Assembly (NCBI GenBank): GCA_963706575.1
Contig: CAVPNL010000015.1
Location: forward strand, 384,001-448,000
From: an uncultured delta proteobacterium
Lineage (GTDB): Bacteria; Desulfobacterota; Desulfobacteria; Desulfobacterales; JAHEIW01
Length of the DNA: 64,000 bases
Reading direction: 5' to 3'
Shown: positions 19,811 to 28,647 of the stretch, piece after piece
How the letters are laid out: every line of letters begins with the position of its first letter
Position numbering within the stretch: the stretch's first letter is position 1
Notes under the pieces: generated by a model
The model's database searches: none
What the model was told of the DNA's origin: nothing
Seen by the model: only the letters and a program-made list of their open reading frames with translations
Translations under genes and position numbers: made by a program

Positions 19811-20040
19811 GCGTTTTATGGTAGATAAGGTTTTGGGTTAGCCGGTTTAACCAGTTGAGTCGGCTGAGCCCGTTTAAATTGGAAAAATATCTGAACTTAA
19901 TTTTTGCGGGCAAACAGGCTAACGGGCAACTGGACAAGGCGCACAACCTGTGGAATTCGGACATCTTGAGCCGAACTATAACACTAACCTGGACACGTAG
20001 ACACCTTTTTAAGAATTATTCCATAAGGAGGAAGATGGAA

Positions 20041-20268
20041 ATGACCGAAACAACTCCCCAAAAAACATTCAAGCAAGTCTGCACCTGCCAAAATTGTGGC
20101 AATGAGGCTGAAATGATTATCACCTGTTCCTTTGAACCCGATGAGAGTAACGCCACCGTACGTGCCGCGCACACCGTTGTGGAAAAACCCGCCCACAAAC
20201 AGCGGCCGGGGCAAGCCACCTGCACGCATTGCGGGAATGAGGCCGAAATAATAGTCGATATCGGATAG
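20041..20268 (+). CDS. Small putative zinc-ribbon protein with a duplicated CxxCGNEAE motif
   Basis: CQNCGNEAEMII and CTHCGNEAEII; AGGAGG RBS at 20026-20031. Confidence 0.7.
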   Translation: MTETTPQKTFKQVCTCQNCGNEAEMIITCSFEPDESNATVRAAHTVVEKPAHKQRPGQATCTHCGNEAEIIVDIG

Positions 20269-20303
20269 CGCGATGCCATCAAATGTAAACTAGAGGAGAT
20301 GGT

Positions 20304-20780
20304 ATGAAATCCATCGCCATGATTATGGTCTTCTTTTTTGTCGGCCTAACCGCGTCAGGGGTGCAGGCCGAAATTTACTCCTGGACCGATGAAAACGGTG
20401 TCAAACATTACAGCCACACCCCACCACCCGATCGATCGGTTCCCGTAAAAGCTGCTCCTGAAATCCAGACCGATCCGACAGCCGATCAGAAGATAGAAAA
20501 AATAAACGAAGAAAACATCGACGCCATTCTCGAGGAGCTTGAAAAAGAAGAACAGGCGTCCGCCCCAAAGCCGGCCAAAACCCATAAACAGCCTTCCCGC
20601 CAGGAGCGCATCGCAGCCGAAAAGGAAAAACTGGCAGAAAAGATCGCGTGGTTGGAACAACTCCCGCCGGAGGCCTATACGAACACGCGCAGCAAGCAGG
20701 CCATCATCGGGCGCTATCGGTATCGGAAGCAGCAGTTGGAGTCGAACCCCGATGAATACTTCAAGAATTATGGGTACTAG
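20304..20780 (+). CDS. DUF4124-like exported protein
   Basis: Signal peptide then AEIYSWTDENGVKHYSHTPP; coiled-coil-like C-terminus; GAGGAG RBS. Confidence 0.8.
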   Translation: MKSIAMIMVFFFVGLTASGVQAEIYSWTDENGVKHYSHTPPPDRSVPVKAAPEIQTDPTADQKIEKINEENIDAILEELEKEEQASAPKPAKTHKQPSRQERIAAEKEKLAEKIAWLEQLPPEAYTNTRSKQAIIGRYRYRKQQLESNPDEYFKNYGY

Positions 20781-20844
20781 GTTCTGGAAGTAGATTTCAT
20801 GTGTCCGTCCTCGCGTATCAGTCAATTTTCAGGTGTTACAACTG

Positions 20845-20932
20845 TTTCATTCGTTTGATTGGTTTAATTCGTTCAATTGGTTCGCTTTAAACCAACCAAT
20901 TCAACCAATGAAACAAATAAAACAAATCGAAC
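20845..20932. repeat. Degenerate inverted repeat built from TTGGTT/AACCAA units between convergent genes
   Basis: TTCGTTTGATTGGTTTAATTCGTTCAATTGGTT followed by AACCAACCAATTCAACCAATGAAACAAATAAAACAAATCGAAC. Confidence 0.55.
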
Positions 20933-20952
20933 AATCATTTGAAACCCTGAAC

Positions 20953-22248
20953 CTATGAACCTGACGACTGACAGACCAGCTGATAATCCTGCCGTAGCAC
21001 AAGAATAAATCCTATCCAAATGGCGCAGATGGAGACGGTGAGCCAGCTGAGCTGGGGCACACTGACCTGAAAAGGCAACCATTGCGTAAACAGCAGGATG
21101 ACAACAGAGCCGGTAACCTTAAACAGTCGGTAGCCAAACATGTCGATCCAGGCTTTGGCCTGATAGAGCAGGACTGAATCGAGCGGAACATACAATAGCT
21201 CCTTGGAAGCCCGGTTGATTGAATACGAAAGGGCTCTGTCGCTGATTTTGGTGGCACTGCTGAAAAAAAGCGTTGACTGCAGAAAAAAACACCAGGAAAA
21301 AATAAACATCATCAGCGGCTGAACCAGCAACCCGGCAATCGCACCTAAATAGCGGTGCACCAGCGGGGTGATCCCGAGATTGACGGCAATCGACATCATC
21401 CCCAATACGCTAAAAAACAGCGATAGAAAGGCGGTGCGGGCTTCCCGCTCCGGGTAAGCGCCTTCAACCGTGTTCAAAAACTGATACTCAACCAGCGGCG
21501 ATGCCAGCTGCGCAAAAAGCAAAATGGCCGCAATCAACAGTAAATACCGACTGTGCGTTAGAATTCGCCAACCCCCGCTGGCCTTCTGATGCGGGCGAAC
21601 CACGTGCTCGACCTCACAGTAAATACCCACGCGTCCCATCAACCAGGTCAATGCAAAAATGGTCCCGATGATGACGGCGGCGGTCAGCAGCAGATCCGGT
21701 GTCTGCAAGGGCGTGTGCCGGATAAGCATGGCCGAGACCCAGCCCCCGGCCACTCCGCCAACCAGACCACCGGTACCCACCAGCCCGTACCAGGATTTAC
21801 CTTCATGGGTGGTGTAAATCGAGTTGGTCAGACTCCAGAATTGTTCCACCAGAACCACGCCCAGGATATCGACAAAAACAAAAAAACAAGCGGCAACCCA
21901 TACGGTGGAATGGCTCATCAACACACGAAAAACGACCAGCAGGATGCTAATGGTCAGGCAGGTGCCGAGCACCACGTTGATCCGGCTGTGGCGCTCGACC
22001 AGACGGTGATAATAGCTGATAAAAACGCCCATGGTTACGGCGGTGGCGATCCAGATGTAGGGCAGACGCTCGGCGCCCAGGGATTCGATAAAAAGAGACC
22101 GACTGGCCGGCTTGAGCTGATAAAGGGCCATGATAATTAGAAAAAAGTTCATAAATAAAAATGTCGCCCGGAATCCCAAAGTGCGCAGAGCGATATATTT
22201 GGCATCGCATTCCGCGGTAATATCATGATTTGAATTTTTTGCTTGCAT
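20953..22248 (-). CDS. Npt1/Npt2 (TLC) family nucleotide translocase, MFS fold
   Basis: About 12 TM helices; LKPASRSLF, QFWS, YSINRASKELLYVPL...AKAWID...R match NTT-family signature positions. Confidence 0.78.
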   Translation of the reverse strand: MQAKNSNHDITAECDAKYIALRTLGFRATFLFMNFFLIIMALYQLKPASRSLFIESLGAERLPYIWIATAVTMGVFISYYHRLVERHSRINVVLGTCLTISILLVVFRVLMSHSTVWVAACFFVFVDILGVVLVEQFWSLTNSIYTTHEGKSWYGLVGTGGLVGGVAGGWVSAMLIRHTPLQTPDLLLTAAVIIGTIFALTWLMGRVGIYCEVEHVVRPHQKASGGWRILTHSRYLLLIAAILLFAQLASPLVEYQFLNTVEGAYPEREARTAFLSLFFSVLGMMSIAVNLGITPLVHRYLGAIAGLLVQPLMMFIFSWCFFLQSTLFFSSATKISDRALSYSINRASKELLYVPLDSVLLYQAKAWIDMFGYRLFKVTGSVVILLFTQWLPFQVSVPQLSWLTVSICAIWIGFILVLRQDYQLVCQSSGS

Positions 22249-22277
22249 TTTTCGCCTGTTGCGTAATAATAATGATT

Positions 22278-23165
22278 ATGAATAAGCTGCTCACAATGTC
22301 CACCCTGCTCTGCAGTTTACTGCTTTTCACCTTCACGGCCGGCGCCCAGCCTCAGGATCCGTCCTGGGCTGAAAGCTGTGACCCCCGCCTGCAAAAAGCG
22401 CTGGAGACGCGTTTGAATACCCTGCACCTGGACCGCGCCACCCAGCGTAAGCTTCTGAGCATTGTCGTCGTCGATATTACCGATGTTTCCGATCCCCGCA
22501 TGGCTTACATTAACCCCAACGAAATGATGTATGCCGCCAGTTTACCCAAGATTGCCATTCTTTTAGGTGCTTTTGAAAAAATTGCAGCTGGGCAAATGAC
22601 CTTGGATGACGAAACCCTCGAAAAGCTAAAGCTCATGATCCAGCGTTCCTCCAATACAGCGGCCTCCGAGATGCTGAACCGTGTGGGTATCGATTATTTG
22701 GCCGAACTGCTGCAGTCCCCCCGCTACCGGCTGTATGATTTTGAAAAAAACGGCGGTATCTGGGTCGGTAAAGAATACGGCAAGGCACCGGCACAAAGAC
22801 GGGATCCGCTCCACAATCTATCGCACGGCGCCACCGCTCTGCAGGTGGCCCGCTTTTATTACCTGCTGGAAACCGGACAGCTGGTTTCGCCGGAACTGAG
22901 TAAATTAATGAAATCGATCCTAGCGGAAACCGAAATCGAGCACAAGTTTGTCAAAGGGCTAAGAGCGGTTCAGCCGGACTCGGAGATTTACCGCAAATCC
23001 GGTACCTGGGGACCTTATCATTCCGACAGTGCCATCATCGAGCACCATGGCCGGCGTTACATTGCCGTGGCTCTTGCCAAAAGTCGCCAGGGTGAACAGT
23101 GGCTCCAAAAGCTAATTGTGGCGCTGGACGGCATCATTTGTCCGGTTGAGACCCATTCGAACTAA
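22278..23165 (+). CDS. Exported serine beta-lactamase/PBP-fold protein (class A-like)
   Basis: Signal peptide MNKLL...AGA; SxxK (ASLPK), SxN (RSSN), KSGT. Confidence 0.85.
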   Translation: MNKLLTMSTLLCSLLLFTFTAGAQPQDPSWAESCDPRLQKALETRLNTLHLDRATQRKLLSIVVVDITDVSDPRMAYINPNEMMYAASLPKIAILLGAFEKIAAGQMTLDDETLEKLKLMIQRSSNTAASEMLNRVGIDYLAELLQSPRYRLYDFEKNGGIWVGKEYGKAPAQRRDPLHNLSHGATALQVARFYYLLETGQLVSPELSKLMKSILAETEIEHKFVKGLRAVQPDSEIYRKSGTWGPYHSDSAIIEHHGRRYIAVALAKSRQGEQWLQKLIVALDGIICPVETHSN

Positions 23166-24432
23166 ATTTTCCCACCTTGTAATATTTCTCCAGCATGCGA
23201 TGAATGCGTGTGGCCAGCGTTTGATGTACAACGGCTGAATTTTTGCGCAACACATTCGACATGACCACCACCATGTAATACAGCTGTCGCTCGGCGGCCG
23301 GCGCCTCGATAATCGCCACCGAGTTGAGCATATTGGTGACATTGCCGTGATATTTTTTACACTCAAAACCGGGTTCGGCTTTGCATTTATACAGCGAGCC
23401 GGATTTAAAATAGACCGCCGCGGCGGCCAGCGCCGGTGATGAGGCATAGCGGATACGCCGCTGCGTCATATACAACAGCCGTTTGATTTCGCGGCTCGAG
23501 AAGGCATCCACCAGTTTTCCCTGCTCCAGTTTTAGCAACCAGCGCAGCAGTTCCCGTGGTGTGGCGTAACTGGTCGTTCCCGGCACCAGCCGCTTGCCCT
23601 GCCGCGTAAAAAAAGACCCCTGGCGCAGCTGCTCCAAATCCAGCCCGTTACGCACCACCGGATACTGCAAAGCCCGTGACAGCAAGGCGGCAAGCTCCTT
23701 TTTCGAAGTGGCCTTAAAAAACTGTTGGGCCTCAGTCTCGCTGACCGGATAGGCCGACCCGTAATGCACCAGCAGCATCAGGTGTTTCAATACCATACTG
23801 GCGGCCGCGTTGGAGCTGGCCGAAAGCATCCAGTCCAGATAGGTCCATAAGCTGGCCTGGTCACCCATCTGAATTTTAGGATAGCGCACCCGGGAATCTC
23901 CCGGCTGCCAGAGCGGAACCACATGGTGATCCCATTGAATGAATTCATCGGCGGTGACCAGAGTGTTGCGTAATATGCTCAGGCGCGAATCGATATCGTC
24001 CGGATAAACGTCGGCCAGCGCCTGAAAAATACCCAGGGCAATCAAAATTTTACCCACGCTGCCCGGGTTGGCCCGCTCTGTGCTGCGGTGTTCAGCATAT
24101 CGCGGCTGTTCGATGTTGGTTAGATCCAGCACCGAGACAGAATAGTGATCCGCTTCAGGGCCCAGCAAGTCTTGCAAGCGGGCAACAAATTCCGCGTCGG
24201 GCGGCGGGATCTCAAAATCGGTTCTGGCTCCCAGGCGTATATCCACCTGATCGATTGGCAGCAGGGCACCCGGAGGCTGCTTGGGCGCCCGCACCTTGCC
24301 TTCCATGGCCAGGCGATAGCCTTCCAGCCTGGCGATGCCCGTATAGTCATAACCATCCAGTGGATAGGCTCCACAGGGTGCGGCAAAAATCAAACCGATA
24401 ATACAAACAACAGCACTGAAGCGCAGTTTCAT
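23134..24432 (-). CDS. Exported serine beta-lactamase/PBP-fold protein with insertions
   Basis: Signal peptide MKLRF...CGA; SxxK (GSVGK), SxN (ASSN), KSGS, ATPRE motif; ATGA overlap with the upstream gene. Confidence 0.78.
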   Translation of the reverse strand: MKLRFSAVVCIIGLIFAAPCGAYPLDGYDYTGIARLEGYRLAMEGKVRAPKQPPGALLPIDQVDIRLGARTDFEIPPPDAEFVARLQDLLGPEADHYSVSVLDLTNIEQPRYAEHRSTERANPGSVGKILIALGIFQALADVYPDDIDSRLSILRNTLVTADEFIQWDHHVVPLWQPGDSRVRYPKIQMGDQASLWTYLDWMLSASSNAAASMVLKHLMLLVHYGSAYPVSETEAQQFFKATSKKELAALLSRALQYPVVRNGLDLEQLRQGSFFTRQGKRLVPGTTSYATPRELLRWLLKLEQGKLVDAFSSREIKRLLYMTQRRIRYASSPALAAAAVYFKSGSLYKCKAEPGFECKKYHGNVTNMLNSVAIIEAPAAERQLYYMVVVMSNVLRKNSAVVHQTLATRIHRMLEKYYKVGKFSSNGSQPDK

Positions 24433-27362
24433 CTTTGCACCTCTGGCGGGATTTCATCTAGGTTGACCGTTTCAGCATGATGTTGTTGCAAGCGGCTGTC
24501 AAGATTGTTCAAAAAAAGATTTTGCTGGGCCCTGACGCTTTCCAGAAATGGCCGAATTTGAAATAGCATCAGTCGATTCTGGTAAAAACCAAACTCGATA
24601 TCCGCCGGCACCGGCTGGCCCTGAGCGTCCTGTAACTTGGGAAACCGCTCGGGTACCGTGCGGGCAAAATCCATCAAATGCCGGACCTCGGCCTCACTTA
24701 ACAGCGCCAGCGTTCCGCTGGCCGAAATTTTCGATACGCCGCCCCCGCTTAACAGCACCCGTTTATAAGGATCGGTCGCATGGGCCAGAAAACGGATGCC
24801 GCCGTTTTGCGTGTTGATCTTGAGTTCCTCTGCAGTTTGGCCCGAGACCGCTCCGCCAACGCCCTCATTTATTGCCACCGTCAGCCAGCCCGGCTTTCCG
24901 CTTTCAATATCTGCCGTAACTAAAACGCCGGACTTTTCCACCGGAACGCTTTTCATCAGCAGCACCGATGCGTAAACATGTTCCGGGGTTTCCATATAGG
25001 CCTGGCGCCATCGAAACGCGCGCTCGGAAAACGGCGAGGCCCATACCCGCTGAATGGCTGCCATGACGTTTTCAAAACCGACGACATGGGGCACGGTCAA
25101 ATTGAGACCGGCACCGGTAAATCCCGGCAAATCTTCCACGTTGGTGTCGCTGCGCACAAAGACGCCATACGTTCCATCCGGGCCGAAGGTATCCTGCATG
25201 GCTGCCCGCAGCTTGTTGCGAAATGCTTCACCTGGATCCGCCTGCACAATCCATTTGCGAATTTTCTCTAAAAAATTTTGAGTGATTTGATCCTGTCGTT
25301 GGGGATCGCCCTTAAGGAGCCGGATGATTTTGTATTGATCCTGCATCCAGCGAAAAGCCGTAATTCCGCCAGGTTCGATGGGCTGCTCGAGTAATTGCCG
25401 AAATAGTCCAAAGGGAATCACCAGGCCGTCGGCCACAGGTTCCGGAAAATAGTGTTTGAGTTCGCCCAAATTGGCGGCTTTGGGGCCGCAGATCCTTCCC
25501 GAATCCGCGCTACGCAGCATATCGAGGGAAAACAGGCGGCGGGTATCCAGATCCAGCTTTTTAAGGTCCGGCCGAATCAAAAGTGGTTTCGGGCCCTTAG
25601 CCGTATCAAAGATGGGATCCCACTGCGGGCCATCAGCTGCCAGCTGAACAATTCCGCGCGGACTGACGGCCATCACCACCTGCTGGTCTGCCATGGATTG
25701 AATCAAAGGCAACCATTTCTGATCGATGGCCACATTCGGAATACCCAGATTGCGGGCCAGCAGCTGAACATGGGATAAAATATTGCCTTCGCCGGTCGTC
25801 AGTATCCCGGCAACCGGCGGCAGATCTTCGGTGGTCGAGGGTAACACGTAAATGCCTTTTGAATCAAATTTAACCGGGGATTTACCGGATGACGATATTT
25901 TTAGCCTGCCGCGCGCCAGACCGGCATTTAAGCCTCTTAATCCCGAATCGGCCGGCTGCCCGAAAAGAAAGTTGCGGATTCCAAGCTGCCGATTGGCGTC
26001 GGCAATCAGGCTCTCGAGTACCGCCGCATAAGACAGCAGGAGGCTGCCGCGCAGGCGATCATGAATGTAACGGCGACTGAGCGGTTCAATGGTTTCAAAA
26101 TGCCTGACGGTTTCACCCAGGTAATATCGCAGTGTTCGGTCGGCCCATTCGGGCATGCGCGCGGTATACTCTAGTTCAGCCTTGTAATCCATGAGCAGCG
26201 GCTGATTCTGCATGAGCTGGCTTAGGTTTTGCTGCAGCGCCTGTTGCTGGCGTACGGAAATAAGCCCGATGCCGTAAAGACCATCGGCATATTTCATCAG
26301 CCACGAGAGCCTTTCACGGCGGGAGGCTTCCGCCAGTTGCCCGACCATGATATCGCCCATGCGAAACAACTCGCCTTCCAACAAAATACTGGCATCCAGC
26401 ACGGCCAGTTTCTGGGAAGCGTCGCCGGCATTGGCCAGACCATCGCGCAATATTGCCAGCAAGTGGCTGGCAGTTAAAAAGCGCGTTTTAGAATCGGTCT
26501 CGCTGGAAAGCTTGTCCGTATAGGGCTCAAGGTTTCCGGTCAGGGGGGTATTTTTGACCCTTTGGGTCAGCGCTGCAATCTCCTTTTGGATATCCTGGAC
26601 TTTGAACACCTGTTCGATGGTCTCGATGAGATGGGCATAGTCTTTGGCCAGTTCCGGCTTTCCCTGTCGGGCGGCATAATCTTGCACCTGTCGGGCATCA
26701 GCGAGCTCCGGATGGACGTGCAGCTTTATGCGAATCGTTTCAAAATCAGGATCGCTTTCCGCAATCGCGCGTGAAAGCTGCCGCATCTCGGTAATCGGTG
26801 CGCCCGGGCGGCCATGGGGAATAAACCGCACGGCTTCTCGCAGCACCATGAACTGATTTTCGGGCCAGTCCGGATCGGAAACCAGGGCCAGCAAAAGCTC
26901 GCGCCCTGCCCGGGTTTCGTCTTCAGTCTGCAGCGCGCCTCGATAATAGCGAGCACGACGGAAAATCCAACCATCATCAGCTTCAATCAGAAATTGCTCC
27001 AGAATCATTTGCTTGACGATATCCAGATACCGGGCGTCCTGCAGAAATTCCTGGGCGCGCACATCGGCAAAAACATTGGCGATAAAGTGTCCATTGTTCC
27101 GCAGGGTCCGAACCCGGTCCGTCCATTCACCATGCTGCACCCCGCCATCGTGATCGCGGCAGGCATATTCCTGCGGTAGCTGAATGGTGCCGTCATTGCA
27201 AAACCAGCGGATATGTTTGAATGGTCCCCGGGGGGACGTTTTCATGACCTGTACCCAGCTGCGCAGGGTTGCGGCATCGGGCGGGTCCGCCTGTGCAAGG
27301 ACAAGGCTGGGAACCAGTAAAAGGAAAGACAATATAAGTGCTAAGGGCTGCATAAATCTCAA
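24429..27362 (-). CDS. Exported dikinase-like protein: N-terminal domain, phospho-His domain, C-terminal PPDK-type ATP-grasp
   Basis: Signal peptide (MRF)MQPLALILSFLLLVPSLVLAQA; TGEGNILSHVQLLARNLGIP His motif; GPKAANLGEL, VRSDTNVEDLPGFTGAG, VWASPFSERA, DIEFG...FQIRP; start TTG 27362 or ATG 27353. Confidence 0.85.
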   Translation of the reverse strand: MRFMQPLALILSFLLLVPSLVLAQADPPDAATLRSWVQVMKTSPRGPFKHIRWFCNDGTIQLPQEYACRDHDGGVQHGEWTDRVRTLRNNGHFIANVFADVRAQEFLQDARYLDIVKQMILEQFLIEADDGWIFRRARYYRGALQTEDETRAGRELLLALVSDPDWPENQFMVLREAVRFIPHGRPGAPITEMRQLSRAIAESDPDFETIRIKLHVHPELADARQVQDYAARQGKPELAKDYAHLIETIEQVFKVQDIQKEIAALTQRVKNTPLTGNLEPYTDKLSSETDSKTRFLTASHLLAILRDGLANAGDASQKLAVLDASILLEGELFRMGDIMVGQLAEASRRERLSWLMKYADGLYGIGLISVRQQQALQQNLSQLMQNQPLLMDYKAELEYTARMPEWADRTLRYYLGETVRHFETIEPLSRRYIHDRLRGSLLLSYAAVLESLIADANRQLGIRNFLFGQPADSGLRGLNAGLARGRLKISSSGKSPVKFDSKGIYVLPSTTEDLPPVAGILTTGEGNILSHVQLLARNLGIPNVAIDQKWLPLIQSMADQQVVMAVSPRGIVQLAADGPQWDPIFDTAKGPKPLLIRPDLKKLDLDTRRLFSLDMLRSADSGRICGPKAANLGELKHYFPEPVADGLVIPFGLFRQLLEQPIEPGGITAFRWMQDQYKIIRLLKGDPQRQDQITQNFLEKIRKWIVQADPGEAFRNKLRAAMQDTFGPDGTYGVFVRSDTNVEDLPGFTGAGLNLTVPHVVGFENVMAAIQRVWASPFSERAFRWRQAYMETPEHVYASVLLMKSVPVEKSGVLVTADIESGKPGWLTVAINEGVGGAVSGQTAEELKINTQNGGIRFLAHATDPYKRVLLSGGGVSKISASGTLALLSEAEVRHLMDFARTVPERFPKLQDAQGQPVPADIEFGFYQNRLMLFQIRPFLESVRAQQNLFLNNLDSRLQQHHAETVNLDEIPPEVQR

Positions 27363-27534
27363 CGTTACCTTTGTCGAATCAAACAGAATCGGAAACAGAT
27401 TGTAGCTGTGCTTTCGGATGAAATTCTTCTCGCTAACCGACAGATATTCATATATAATAGTCATGATTTGCGATTTGGCTATATTCAGGACATGCTTTTA
27501 GGCTGTTGTCAACCCTCTAAAAAGGAGACCGCCG

Positions 27535-28380
27535 ATGGCAAAGAAAAAAATGATTCATGATTTTTTGCAAATGAAAAAGGAGGGCGACAAGATCACGTTT
27601 CTGACCGCCTATGACTACCCCACCGCCCAATTTGCCGAAGCGGCCGGATTGGATATGCTGCTGGTGGGTGACTCTTTGGGAATGTGTGTCTACGGATATT
27701 CCGGAACGGTACCGGTTGTGATGGACCAGTGTATTTATCATTGCGATGCGGTTCGCCGCGGCGCTCCCAACACCTTTATCGTCGGTGACATGCCCTTTAT
27801 GTCCTATCAAAGCGCTCTGGAAAAAGCGGTTGAAAATGCCGGTCGCTTCCTTAAAGAAGCCGGCTGTGACGCCGTTAAGCTCGAGGGCGGGGTCCGGGTG
27901 GTGCCCCAGATCAAGGCCATCGTGGAAGCCGGCATTCTGGTAATGGGCCATATCGGTTTAACGCCCCAGAGCTCGGGCCAGCTGGGCGGCCACAAGGCCC
28001 AGGGCCGCACCCTGGAAACCGCGCGCATCGTGATTGAAGATGCCCTGGCGGTTCAGGATGCCGGCGCCCAGATGATTTTGCTGGAGGCCATCCCGCCGGA
28101 GGTGGCGACCTATATCACCAAGGAATTAAGCATCCCGGTACTTTCCATCGGCGCGGGTCCGGATTGCGACGGCCAGCTGCTGATCGTTTCGGATATGATC
28201 GGCCAGTTTCAGGCCTTTACCCCGAAATTTGTCAAAAAATACTGTAACGTCGCAGAAGTGGTGACCAAGGCGATGAAAGAATATGTGGCTGAAGTCAGGG
28301 CCGGACAGTTCCCTGAAGATGATCATTGCTATCATATGATTACCGGCGAGAAAGAAAAGTTCGATGAGGAGTTTAAGTAG
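27535..28380 (+). CDS. panB: 3-methyl-2-oxobutanoate hydroxymethyltransferase
   Basis: TAYDY, LLVGDSLGM, DMPFMSY, AVKLEGG, GHIGLTPQ, IGAGPDCDGQ, PKFVKKY. Confidence 0.96.
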   Translation: MAKKKMIHDFLQMKKEGDKITFLTAYDYPTAQFAEAAGLDMLLVGDSLGMCVYGYSGTVPVVMDQCIYHCDAVRRGAPNTFIVGDMPFMSYQSALEKAVENAGRFLKEAGCDAVKLEGGVRVVPQIKAIVEAGILVMGHIGLTPQSSGQLGGHKAQGRTLETARIVIEDALAVQDAGAQMILLEAIPPEVATYITKELSIPVLSIGAGPDCDGQLLIVSDMIGQFQAFTPKFVKKYCNVAEVVTKAMKEYVAEVRAGQFPEDDHCYHMITGEKEKFDEEFK

Positions 28381-28448
28381 TATTTCTTGCAAGGATTAGA
28401 GTGAAAACCGGTTTTTTCTTAAATTATTGCGGAGAACAAGTTTCAAAG

Positions 28449-28579
28449 AAGTGACTAAAGTGATCTAAAGTGGGAAGTGACTAAAGTTAAGGTATCGCTG
28501 CGCTCCCTCTTTTTTATAAAAATGATAGAATTCCTCAACTTTAGGCATTTTAGCTCACTTTAGTCACTTTAGCTCACTT
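28449..28579. repeat. Inverted repeat with arms made of tandem CTAAAGTG-like units
   Basis: AAGTGACTAAAGTGATCTAAAGTG...GACTAAAGTTAAGG versus CCTCAACTTTAGGCATTTTAGCTCACTTTAGTCACTTTAGCTCACTT. Confidence 0.75.
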
Positions 28580-28647
28580 GTTATTGAAACAGTAATAGCT
28601 TAGTAACCTGCAATAAAAATGAATTGAACAATGACGAGGAGTCAAGA

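Noticed and set aside
19629..20040. ORF 19629-19964 (-) and the long 5' extension of 19855-20268
   Set aside because: Both run through a palindromic repeat; better-supported starts with RBS exist at 19673 and 20041
22278..24432. Antibiotic-resistance beta-lactamase call
   Set aside because: Fold motifs alone do not show activity, and no Glu166 motif is evident
24429..27464. PEP synthase call and the 27464 start
   Set aside because: No PEP-binding barrel; the signal peptide and RBS-like sequence favour 27362 or 27353
28449..28579. Possible CRISPR array
   Set aside because: Units are 9-10 bp, tandem and inverted, with no unique spacers and no cas genes
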